A DNA stretch of 64,000 nucleotides from the human T2T-CHM13v2.0 reference genome, Homo sapiens. The DNA lies in the NCBI RefSeq assembly GCF_009914755.1, contig NC_060926.1; one strand, written 5' to 3'. Below are positions 53,301 to 64,000 of this stretch, one piece after another; within the stretch, counting starts at the first letter, position 1, and every line of letters begins with the position of its first letter. Made by a program: the position numbers and the translations under genes. Under the pieces are notes generated by a model, which had not been told where the DNA came from, did not search any database, and worked only from the letters and a program-made list of their open reading frames with translations.

Positions 53301-55267
53301 GCGTTTTAGGCACAAAAATTGCCACCACCCTCCACCCCTTGTCTCTTTGGGAAATGTTTATTCTTCTCGGACTGTTTCTGGTACCACCACTTCCAGGAAG
53401 CATATCCTGATTACTGTAGTCAGAACTGAATAAAGTGAGGGGACTGGGCTGGGCACAGAGCTGGGGAAAAGCATTCCAGCCCGCGGGAGGAACAAGTGCA
53501 AAAGACCCAGGAAGGAACGAGAATTCACATCTACGGCCGTATGCTGGGGACTTGCATTTCGTGCTTCCTCACCTATCTTCTCCACTAGGCTTTTGGGTTG
53601 AGGGTAGGTGCAAAGGTTCATTCTTAATAATAAGATCGATCATTATTGTTGCCCCCAGTTTTTTGCAGATCTACCATGCTAGGCTCCTCGGTAGATACCG
53701 TACTTGCATTATTACAGTTAATTCTCACAAAAACTGAGAAGGTGGGTGTTACTTGTCATGTCTGTCTCCCCAGTGCCTAGTTGGGGAACTCAAGCAGAGT
53801 AAATGCTCGGTAAATGTCTTTTACATGCCTGCATGACTAGTGGGACATTTGAATTACTAGGTCCACAGATGCTTCTGTTGGTTTTTATGGAAATCAGCTC
53901 CTTTGCCTGGAAAATTCATAATGCCCAGACTGTGAGGGGACATGAGCCATTGCAAGACTGTTCATTCATTTCTGCTCCCATTTCTGACATGTGCTAGAGC
54001 CCCACCAGGGACTCCCCATACACATTCTTGAGACCGTGACTGGCAGCCCTCTTTCCCAGAGGAGGGAGCCAAGGCCCAAAGACCTTCAGCAGCCTCCCTG
54101 CAGTTACACAGCAAGTCCACAGTGACCAGAGCTGACACTCACCCCCGCCTGTCAGACCTCCCTCCATTCCTCTCGCGTGGTATGCATCCTGAAAGGTCCT
54201 CGTTGAAAGACGTAATCCAGACCAGTTGCCTTGACCCTTGCCTAGAAGTTTTGTAAACAAGTTCACAGTGTTCTGAGAAGGAAGCAAGGTCAAAAGAATG
54301 ACCTACCAAGGCCAGCAAGCCTGCATTTCCTCCCCATCCTTTCTCCCGGCTTCTCTTTTCTTTTGCCCCTCTCCTGCCTGGGATGCAGATTCTCCCCTAG
54401 AGAAAGAGCAGGCTCCTGCCCCAAGGATTGGCTGTCCCCTGACACTGGGGAAGCACACGTACAGCGCACCTTGATGGAGCCTAGTGAACTGAGCAACCCT
54501 GGTGTGGTTTCCTCCGCCAGCTGCTTGAGTAGGTGGGGTCAGGCCTAAGGAAGGTGAGCACCCAGCCACTGCCTTGCCTTGCCAGCCGTAGGAGCCTACT
54601 CAGACTCTCTGAGCATTAGGCTCATTGTCCATGAGAAAAGGAATCATAGTACCTGCCTTGGAAATGGATCTCCTAAACTTTAAAGAGACTATATGTGTAA
54701 GTGCCTCGCATGCATTAGGTACATAGATGACATCTGCCGTTTGGTACTTTGTAATTTTCAAGGCCTGATCTTGAACCCAGGTCTCTGTGGCCTCAGGACA
54801 CTGCTTTGCTCTCTGACCTGGGCTGGTTTTTGTGGTTGTCCTTCTGCAGCATGTGCCGAACCAAATGTGACAAGCAGACCTGGGCCCTCCCCACTAAAAT
54901 TTCAGCCTCTGAAGGAAAGGAGCACGTAGTGTTGGATACATGAGCTTAGGGGCAGCTGGTATTTGGCAGCATGTGGGATGGTCTTTTCATTTTATTCTCA
55001 AATTCACGAAGTATCGGGCCTAGATTCTGGGTGCTCATCTTGAGGTAGGAAAGGTGAAAGGTGAACTCCAGCTTGGGGGAAGGCCAGGGTTAGTGGACAG
55101 AGTGGAGGCCTTAACCATTTTCTGAGGCTTCCAGAAAGAGGGGTTAGGATGCTTTGAATGTGGGGACACCTGGGGGCAGGAGGAGGTGAAGGAGAAAGTC
55201 AGAATCTAAAATTGTGACCTGGAAGGGGATAGGAATGGAAAAGGGCCTCAGATTTGGTCAGAGATGC

Positions 55268-56166
55268 GACAAAAGTGAGCTGACACAGTCGGGGAAGCAC
55301 AATCCGGGTGGGGAGACACTGTGGCAAAGGCCTCAGAAGGACTGGGGTCAAGCAGGGCATGTGAGGAACAGCAAACAGGCTGGGAAGGAGGGAGAGGGAG
55401 ATGGTCGAGAGTCCCTTGCACGAAAAGCTTGAGGTGGTGAGCTCTGCACCCTGACAAGACTGAGCGAGGAGAAATTCAAGTCCCTGTAGTCATATCTCCC
55501 TCCCACCTTTACTGACAGATGCCTGATATCCCCACCCCCTTATCACTATGGGAGATTCCTTGATGCTGTCATTTACAAAGCCCATCCTCTGTAGAGCTCT
55601 CATTGACTGCCACTAAACCCTGGCCAGGTAGGCAGAGCACCGGCCCTTGTTCCTTTGCCGGTGAGCGCACTGAAGCTCACCCCCTGGGGTCGACAGCAGG
55701 ACAGTCCCTGTCATTGATGGATTGTGTATCTGCCCTGTGCCAGGTACTCGTCTAGGTACTCAAGGTACAGCAGCAAACTTAAGTGTTGTTCTCTGCGTAC
55801 AAAATGACATCAACCACATGCCCATGGGCTCTTGGAGGTGGGAAGTGAGGTGATCATCCCAAAATGATCACCATAATGATACATAGTAAATCATGAAATG
55901 TAAATGTACGATATCTCCCATGCTGAAAAGAGGAGGAGGGCGTGCTCCGTAATGTAGGATGGACAGGATCAAGTTTAATAACCTTCATTCGAGCAGAGGC
56001 AAGACAAAAGTGAGCTGTCACACAGTTGGGGAAGCACAATTAGGGCAAGGGGACACTGTGGCAAAGGCCTCAGAAGGACTGGGGCCAAGCTGGGCATGTG
56101 AGGAACAGCAAACAGGCTGGGATGGAGAGAGAGGGAGTGTGGCCCAAGAGATGGTCGAGAGTCCCT
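55268..56166. repeat. Local direct duplication, ~150 bp (55268-55416 and 56003-56166), L2-like sequence
   Basis: GACAAAAGTGAGCTG...GACACTGTGGCAAAGGCCTCAGAAGGACTGGGG...GGGCATGTGAGGAACAGCAAACAGGCTGGGA...GAGATGGTCGAGAGTCCCT occurs twice. Confidence 0.92.
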
Positions 56167-56431
56167 GGGGGTCACCCTGCAGCCGTGACCAAGCCCTAGG
56201 CCTCCACCTGGATGAGCTGCATCACCACTGCAGGTTTGGGGCAGACGAACCTGGGCAAAACCTGGGCCCTTTGATACCAAGATCCATGCTTGTTCCACTG
56301 GACCGCCCCTTGTCCCACAGATGGGAGAGCTTGTTTTTCTTCTTACTATTATTTCCACAGTTGTAATTCTTTCCATAGCTATTCTGCTAAAACAGTGAAA
56401 TTGGAGATGAGGAGTCTGGCTTGCGCTGGGT

Positions 56432-56509
56432 GAGAATGGGTAGAGGAAGCTGTGGAGAGAACTCACGGTGCCTGTGGTTCGAGATCCCCGCCTTCCTCCT
56501 CCTTTCCTC
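56432..56509 (+). ncRNA. MIR3125: MIR3125 precursor (mature sequence 56441-56460)
   Basis: TAGAGGAAGCTGTGGAGAGA matches the miR-3125 mature sequence as I recall it. A purine-rich 5' arm pairs loosely with the pyrimidine-rich 3' arm CCGCCTTCCTCCTCCTTTCCTC. Sense orientation in TRIB2 intron 2. Confidence 0.8.
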
Positions 56510-56827
56510 TGCCCCTTGGGTTTCACCTTTTCACCTCCGTCACATCTCGACAGCTAGTAAGTCTCGTGGGCCAGCTCCACCTGCCACCTTAGATTAGGAA
56601 ACGCAAAAGGACAAAAGAGATTTGTTTTTAATCAGCTCCATTCCAGATTAGCACATGTAGATCCTTCCTGTTTTTGTAGAACATTAGCTATAGGCGCAGA
56701 AGACTATGTATTCTATAGATTATAATAGAATGTGAGTGAGCACACAAAAAAGGGAGAGATGGGTATTACAGAATCCCAGAATGATAAAACTGGCAGAGAC
56801 TTTAAGACTGCCTTGTCCAGATGTTTG

Positions 56828-56930
56828 CATGACAGTGTAAATGTACTTAATGCCAATGAAGTACACTTAAAAATGGTTTAAGATGGTACATGTTATGTTG
56901 TGTCTATTTTACTACATAATTTTTTTTTTA
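56828..56930 (+). mobile_element. L1 3'-end fragment (L1MB-like)
   Basis: ACAGTGTAAATGTACTTAATGCCAATGAA...ACACTTAAAAATGGTTTAAGATGGTA. Confidence 0.7.
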
Positions 56931-58325
56931 AAGACTTCCTTGTCTAGTGCTCCTCTTTAGGTCTGAAAAACAGAGAAGTTGAGTGACTCAGCCATAGCCA
57001 CACAGCAGGTGAGAGACAGAGCCTAGCCTGGAAACTGCCTTCCTAGCTCTTAGCCCAGTGCCTTTTCCCACGACCACAACTATTGTTTGTTCGTTGGTGG
57101 AAATTAATACGGAAAGTAGTCACTCCTTGAGCTTTGAACTCCTGTAATCCAAATATGAGGCATTAGAGTCAACCCAGGATTTCACTAAACCTTTTGCTGT
57201 AGAGAACTCCCAGCAGCAATCTTTTGGTTAATTTGAACCTTGCCCCGCTTCTATGGCTCTTAGTGGCGGTGGTGATCACGCTGAAAGGCTAAGACCTTCA
57301 GGCAGACGGAGGAAGAGAAACAGCAGGAGATGGACTTGAGTCACAAGCTCTGACTTATGACCCAATGTGGTTTTTCCAAGCTCTTTCTTATTCAATGCTT
57401 ACTTGAGCTTTTTTTGCACTTCGGGGCAAACAGGGCAGATGCTTGCACGTGCGCTTGCATGTGTGCTTTTGAGATGAAGGAAATACGTGATGTGAGTGAG
57501 ACAGCCCTTGTGGATGCTGTCTTAATCCTAACTCCAACTCCTCCCCATCCCTCCTCACCTTCTCTGCAAGCCTCCAGGGGTGTGATGATGGGATAGATTA
57601 ACTGAGCTTTTGAGACCCAAGGACTACCTACAACTCTCTGAGGCAGTGCCCTAGCCAGGAGAGTCAGAGGAAGATTTCAATTTTGAGCACGGGAAGGTAG
57701 CAATTCCTAACTTTCCACTCAAAGAACAGTAGGGCAGGAAAACAGGAATTCTTAGGAGGCCCCTGAGCTAAGGAGAGGAGGCTGGTCTAGGAGCTTGGGG
57801 CGCTGGGTGGAGGAAGCTCTCAGTGACTTTCACCATAGCCTTGAACAAGTCACCGCGCATCCTGGCCCTCACAGTAGATTAGGTATAGTTAATGATAAGA
57901 ATTCAACTCACTTCCAAAAGTATTTCCTGAGCACTTAATTTATGTCATACACAATGATGACATCAGATCTTACTGTGTAAGGATGCATGCTGGGTTCCAG
58001 GCAGTTTAATGCAGGATTTCTTACCTCTTTTCTTGAGCATACCCTGGAGAGTCCTACTTTCCTGTCAGCAACCATGATGGACCTTAAATGGGAGGGAAAG
58101 ACTGGGGGTAGGATGCCTAGTTTGAAAAGGATCTTGGGCTCATGGTTCTGTTCACACACACCCTATGCACGCAGACACGTGGGAAATTGGAATCACAGAT
58201 GTGCACAGACAGAAGATGTGGGTGACCTTCATCAGATGTTAGAACCTGGTCAAGGACAAGGCCTTGGGAGTATGAGGGGCAGGACAGAAGACAAAGGCGG
58301 CAGGAAATCTGGGGAAAGAAGATGG

Positions 58326-58605
<280 letters not shown>

Positions 58606-58719
58606 CCAGGGAAAGAAGATGGTCTTGATACGAGGGTGTCAGCCTCAGAAGGACCAGGTGATAGGAGTCCACTCCTGCTTGAACATTCCCTGCTTCCTGC
58701 CTGGTCCTAAAGAGAGGCA

Positions 58720-58930
58720 CCTGGTATAGCAGAAAGAGCAGCAGCATCAACTTAGGAAGATGTGGGATCAAGTCTTCTCCATTTCCCAGCTAACAGGTTT
58801 GGGGAAGTTACCCGAACTCTCTGAGTCTCGATATTCTCATCTGTAAAATGGGATGTTAATATCCTACGTGTCTAATACAAAGGGCTGTAGTGAGGCCAAA
58901 ATGCAAGTAAGGTGAAAGGTCTTTGTGGAC
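58720..58930 (+). mobile_element. MIR SINE (degraded); one of many MIR fragments in the window
   Basis: GGGAAGTTACCCGAACTCTCTGAGTCTC...CTCATCTGTAAAATGGGAT is the MIR core. Confidence 0.7.
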
Positions 58931-59390
58931 TGTGGTCTGTCATGTTAGTTACACGTCTGCCAAAAGTTGTAGACAAAGCTGTGGGCTTCCTGGTTGGTTA
59001 GGTCTCGGTTTGAATTCTGTGGTGCCCTATCATTATGCAAATGTGACTTTGAGAAAGCTAGTTAATCTCTTGTTCCCTCATCGCAGGGGTGATGATGATG
59101 TGATTCATGGTTCGCTAAGGTGCTCAAGGTTTGAGCTCCCCAGTGGATTATCAGCTGCATGAAAAGACCTTGTCAGTCTTGTTCACCCATGTGGGTGTCC
59201 TCAGCCCTGGAATAGTAGCTGGCAGCTAGAAGGTGCTCAGTGAGTAATGTTTGGCTGGTCAGATGAATGCGTGAATGAATGAATGTGAATGAGGAGTCTT
59301 CAGAAACACTATAGTCGGTTATGTTATGATGCTGGTGGTAACGTGTCTCTGAGCACCCTCAGGAGCTTATGTTTTCCTCCTTTCTTGCAG

Positions 59391-59859
59391 GACTCGGGTC
59401 AAGCTGGAAAGCCTGGAAGACGCCTACATTCTGCGGGGAGATGATGATTCCCTCTCCGACAAGCATGGCTGCCCGGCTTACGTAAGCCCAGAGATCTTGA
59501 ACACCAGTGGCAGCTACTCGGGCAAAGCAGCCGACGTGTGGAGCCTGGGGGTGATGCTGTACACCATGTTGGTGGGGCGGTACCCTTTCCATGACATTGA
59601 ACCCAGCTCCCTCTTCAGCAAGATCCGGCGTGGCCAGTTCAACATTCCAGAGACTCTGTCGCCCAAGGCCAAGTGCCTCATCCGAAGCATTCTGCGTCGG
59701 GAGCCCTCAGAGCGGCTGACCTCGCAGGAAATTCTGGACCATCCTTGGTTTTCTACAGATTTTAGCGTCTCGAATTCAGCATATGGTGCTAAGGAAGTGT
59801 CTGACCAGCTGGTGCCGGACGTCAACATGGAAGAGAACTTGGACCCTTTCTTTAACTGA
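59391..59859 (+). CDS. TRIB2: TRIB2 coding exon 3 (aa 188-343)
   Basis: Acceptor TTTTCCTCCTTTCTTGCAG|G. Contains ESLED (replacing DFG), [17 protein letters not shown], the MEK-binding ILDHPWF and the COP1-binding DQLVPD, then TGA. Spliced CDS 270+293+469 = 1032 nt. Confidence 0.98.
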
Positions 59860-61799
59860 GCTCATGCCCCACGGAGACTTAGCAGGTTCCAGGAGTGAGC
59901 GAGGGCAGCGGAAAGGAGTTCTTCCGGGGGACACGAATTGCCTGGCTGAGTAGCAAGAAAGACACACTCTTAAGTTTCTTGGTTCAGAGCAGGAAAACCT
60001 TCAAGGAGCTGACTGACCACGTAGCATGGGGGCAAGAGGCGTGGGATGGGGATTGGGGTGAGATGGATGGGAGCCCGCTGGAGCTTGTCTTCCCTAACAT
60101 AGCCTGGGAGACCACCCCTTGCCACTTGGGCCACTTCCGCCTACCCCACTTTTCATTTTGTTCCAAAATAGTTGCAGATCCTGACAGAATCAAAACTCTC
60201 TGCCTCAAACACACATCCTGGCATCGCACTGTTAGCATTTAACTTCTTGTTAGGATTCAGGGAAGGAACAGTTGGCCAAGAATTTTTTTTCTTTTAAACA
60301 AGCCAACCACCTAGCTGGTAATTAATGAGGTTCACTTAAAAAAAAAATTCGGTGCACACAGACTGACATGAAACCTGGGTGCTACAGTAAAAGAAAACAA
60401 AAGTCCAGTTTGTGTCTCTTAATCGCTCACTTCAACTCATTTCTTCTAAATAAACTATTTAATATCCTGGTCAGGAAATGACATGTTAATGCTTTGCTCC
60501 CTGAAGGGGGAAAAAATCTGTCCTTTAACAAGCTATTCTGTTTTGTGTCAATTGGTTCGTGGCAGGAAGCTATTAGAAGTCAAACGTCCAGATGCATTAC
60601 TGCTATCTTAGTTTAAAGGGGGAAAGAAAAGGGAAGAAGAAAGGAAAAGAGAAATCCAACTCCTTTTTCATGTTTTGCTTTTGAACAATGAGGGTTTGTG
60701 TGACAGGCATTCCTCTTTGCTGAGATGATAGCAATGGCCTGAGATTTTAGCAAGCTCCTGGAGTCTGATGCTTTTGCAGTACTCTGATCGCAACTAAACA
60801 TTTGTCTTTGTTTTATTAGAAACTAGTGAAACAAAGCAGGTTGTCCCACATGTATAAAATACAGGGCAGCTATTTAGTTTTCTTTACAGAGAATGATCCT
60901 TTTAAGGCTTGTAAGGCCCTCTGGTTTGGACAAAAACCCTCAGTAGAGACAAGCGGGAAGGATAATTAGCTGAAAGCTATGATGATATAAATAAAAACAG
61001 CTCTCTATCCCAATACGCACCTTTGTATTTTCAAGAACTCTTCTATTTATTAAGGAAAATGTCACATTGTGATGTATTAAGCCAGTACTTCAATTACGGG
61101 TTGACTTGGGATGACATATTACATGCTGTAGTTAACATTTATAATTCTTTTTCCTTGTTTGAGTATTTCTGTCTCTGAAATAACCTTTTACTTGGCTTTT
61201 CTAGATAGCTTTATTTGATTTCGAGTGGCAAAATGTTTTTTATTACGGCTTTTCTATTGCTGTATGATACAGAACTCTTTTGGCATAAATATTTGTGTTC
61301 CCAGTACCTCACTTGTTCGGATTTGACTGCCTGTATATGTTTTGTGAAATGGTCCTGTTTTTGGGTAGGTGACACGTGGACTCTAGTATGTAAATGTTAC
61401 TTGAATCTGTGCTTCATAATAGTGTGTGGCATGTATGTGCAGACTCTTGGATGCTTTATGCCTGCGCAGCAGGAGCCCTGTCCTCACGTTCCCAGGAGGG
61501 CGGCTTCACCCTTCGTAACCAGGAGACAAGGCGGCCATGGATTTGCCCTTGATTCTATTTTGCTAATGGAAGATAGAAAGGAGAGAAGGTTTTTTTTTTT
61601 TTTAACATTCTGAAGATGGTGCTGTGTCAAGAAGGACCTTTTTTTTCCCCTCTCCCCTATTTTTTAAGTACCTTGGAGGAGGAGAGGTTGGTGACATGCA
61701 TGGTGGGGATCTATGGCCTCTGGTGCTTTGTCCTGTATTTGGTTTAATGTTTTTGTCCTAATCTCTTCAATCAATAAAATTGTGCGTATTTAACTAAAA
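59860..61799 (+). other. TRIB2: TRIB2 3'UTR (~1.9 kb)
   Basis: No recognisable repeats, AU-rich distal half, miRNA seed matches and several ATTTA pentamers; ends after the distal AATAAA. Confidence 0.85.
61773..61778 (+). terminator. TRIB2: Distal polyadenylation signal AATAAA
   Basis: TGTA at 61734 upstream; U/GU-rich TTTTTTTGCC...TGTGCTTTGTGG downstream (~61824-61850). Confidence 0.88.
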
Positions 61800-63832
61800 T
61801 GCTGGAGTCTGGAAAATGATGATTTTTTTGCCACCTGTGCTTTGTGGTCACCACACACCGGGCAGAAGCTCACATCTTACAGGCATTTGCTCTTTCAGGG
61901 TGAGCCACTGCTACTACTTTTAAGACATGGAATCTCCCTTTCATCGTATTGGGGCATATGCTGTCCAATCTGGATGCAATAGCTCACACTGAATTAATCG
62001 TCACAACAACTGTAGGTGACCTAACTTACGTTCCTAATACAGATTAGGAAATAAACCCAGAAATGTGCATGCCTTGTCCAGGGTTAAACTTGTGAGTGCT
62101 AGGCCCAAGACTGGACCCCATGTCTGGTTAGCCACAAAGCTTGTTTACTCTTTCTACAATGTTAAGAGTCCAGATGTTCTCAGGGAGAGTGTAGTAATAG
62201 CTCTAGAGTAACCAGGATTACGTAGGGCACAAGTAATCCAGGCCTACACATGGTTTCCCCAGGAAAAGCCCTGTGCTGCAAACTTGAGTGGAACCCTCCT
62301 AGGAGACCACCCAACTCCCAGCAACAACATCTGCCCAGCAGCCCTTACTTGAGTCTGAGATCCGCAAATATCAAGGTTGCTGGGGCTCGATAGACAGTCG
62401 CATCCGTAGTGCACCTTACTTAACAGAAATAACTACGGCCCAGAGAAGCTCAATTCTCTCCTGAAATGTTTGCTAAGCACCTCTGTTATTTCAGTGTGTG
62501 CTGGGAAGAGACATGGAAACAGACAAATGCAATGAGTAGAATCAAGTGGTGGGGTACACACACGCAGGATTGATGGAAGCCCATCAGATGGACAACTCCT
62601 GTCTAGGTCCGTCAGAAGGTGTCCTGGAAGGGGTAGCACCTGAAGCAGAGTCCGGAACGAAAAGAATTTAGATAATAAGAGAGACAGCAGCAGCACTCTA
62701 TGCAGGGAGGATGGTGTGAGAAGTATTTAGAGACTTATCCCAGTTAACACCATGAATGCCAAGCCCTGGATGGAGTTCATAAAAGATCTTGCAAAGACTG
62801 GAGTTTGTGGTTTACAAGAGGATGTGGCTGAAGCAGAGGCTTCCTGGCCATTTGGACCAGTCTTCTAAATTCACAAAGTGCTTATTATTCAGTGACATCC
62901 CTTCTGTGTCCTTAGCACCTGGCTCAGCAGCAGACACCTGACCCAGTGCCTGGCACATGGAGGTGTTCAGCAAATAACTGTTCATGGATATAATTTGTGC
63001 CAGGAGAGGGTGGCCTCTATATGCTCCAAAATTTCCTTCCAACCCCAGGTGTCTAAGATGCACATTATTATAACAGGAGCAGACTTTGTAAGTATTGACA
63101 CCTATCATTGGCTTTTGCTAGGGCACATATAGGCTGATCCAATTTTTTTGTTCTTTTCCCTGCCTGTGATTAAGCAGACATGGGTCTGTTGCCTAATGAA
63201 TGCCCGTTTGAATTGTGCACTGTCGACCATTCGCCTGTGTGGTTGCTGGGGGCCGGGGGTGGGTTGCTGGCATGCACACCCCAAGCCACTATATAATGAG
63301 CTTCCACCGCGGTGGAAACCCAGACCCAGCAAGCTCCTGCTCCCTTGCCCTCTGAAGACTTAGCCAGTAGAAACCTTTCATTTTCTAATCCCCTTGGTGA
63401 TAAGACACTTTATCCTTTTTTCTACCAATCTGGACCTGGGGCAGGTCAAGGGGCCTGGGCCACAGGAATGAGGGCAGAGGTGTGGCGAGGTAGCAGGCCT
63501 GGGCTCTGAGTTTCTACGCTGCTGTGAACTACTTGCCTATTATGAGGACCAAGGCTGTTGGGAGGGTCGACTGAGCTAAAGTGTGTGAAGGGCTTAGCCC
63601 TGCCTAGGCTGGAATAGCGACTGTTACTATGATCAGCCACAGGGATTCCAGGGCAGAGTTCTTTTGACTGGGCAGTGGTACCGGAATGGAGGATCTATTA
63701 GGATCCGTCAAACACAGGTTACAGAGACCCTCCCCTGCTGCAACCGAAGCAGCTCCACTTTTACCAGTTTTTACATATTAGTTGTTATGTAGACTTTTAG
63801 GAAGGAAAATGAGAAGTTTCGCTTGTATATAT

Positions 63833-64000
63833 GTGCTATGGTCTGAATGTTTGTGTCCCTCCAAAGTTCATATGCTGGAAACTAATACCAAATGTGATAG
63901 CATTAAAAGGCAGGGCCTTTTGGAAGTAAGTCATGAGGGTTCTGTCCTCATGAATAAGATTAGTGGCCTTATAAAGGAAGTTGAGGGGAACTGCCTTGTC
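63833..64000 (+). mobile_element. MaLR LTR (MST/MLT1A-like), cut by the window end
   Basis: TGCTATGGTCTGAATGTTTGTGTCCCTCCAAAGTTCATATGCTGGAAAC...GTCATGAGGGTTCTGTCCTCATGAAT. Confidence 0.85.

Noticed and set aside
59359-59967. Antisense ORFs over exon 3
   Set aside because: Shadows of the sense coding exon with no independent evidence.

Overview
Mammalian (by Alu/L1/MaLR content, human) genomic DNA holding the complete TRIB2 (Tribbles pseudokinase 2) gene on the + strand. It has a CpG-island promoter (~35.5-38 kb) and three coding exons (37373-37642, 42325-42617, 59391-59859). These splice to 1032 nt, i.e. 343 aa plus stop. A ~1.9-kb 3'UTR ends after AATAAA at 61773, and MIR3125 lies in intron 2. 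The upstream ~35 kb is intergenic: Alu, L1, L2/MIR, MaLR/ERVL LTRs, MER30 and microsatellites, with a few repeat-free motif clusters. All other ORFs in the six-frame track look spurious. I see no foreign or prokaryote-like system. The most interesting signals are post-transcriptional: (i) a candidate GT-AG intron in the long 5'UTR holding all three upstream AUGs; (ii) a weak-context start codon followed by a strong out-of-frame AUG; (iii) a candidate 5-nt poison microexon or competing donor in intron 1; (iv) an alternative terminal exon in intron 2 whose poly(A) signal sits inside its reading frame. There is also an unexplained ~250-bp inverted duplication upstream and several local duplications. 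Repeat subfamily calls and boundaries are by eye, and motif calls are hypotheses.
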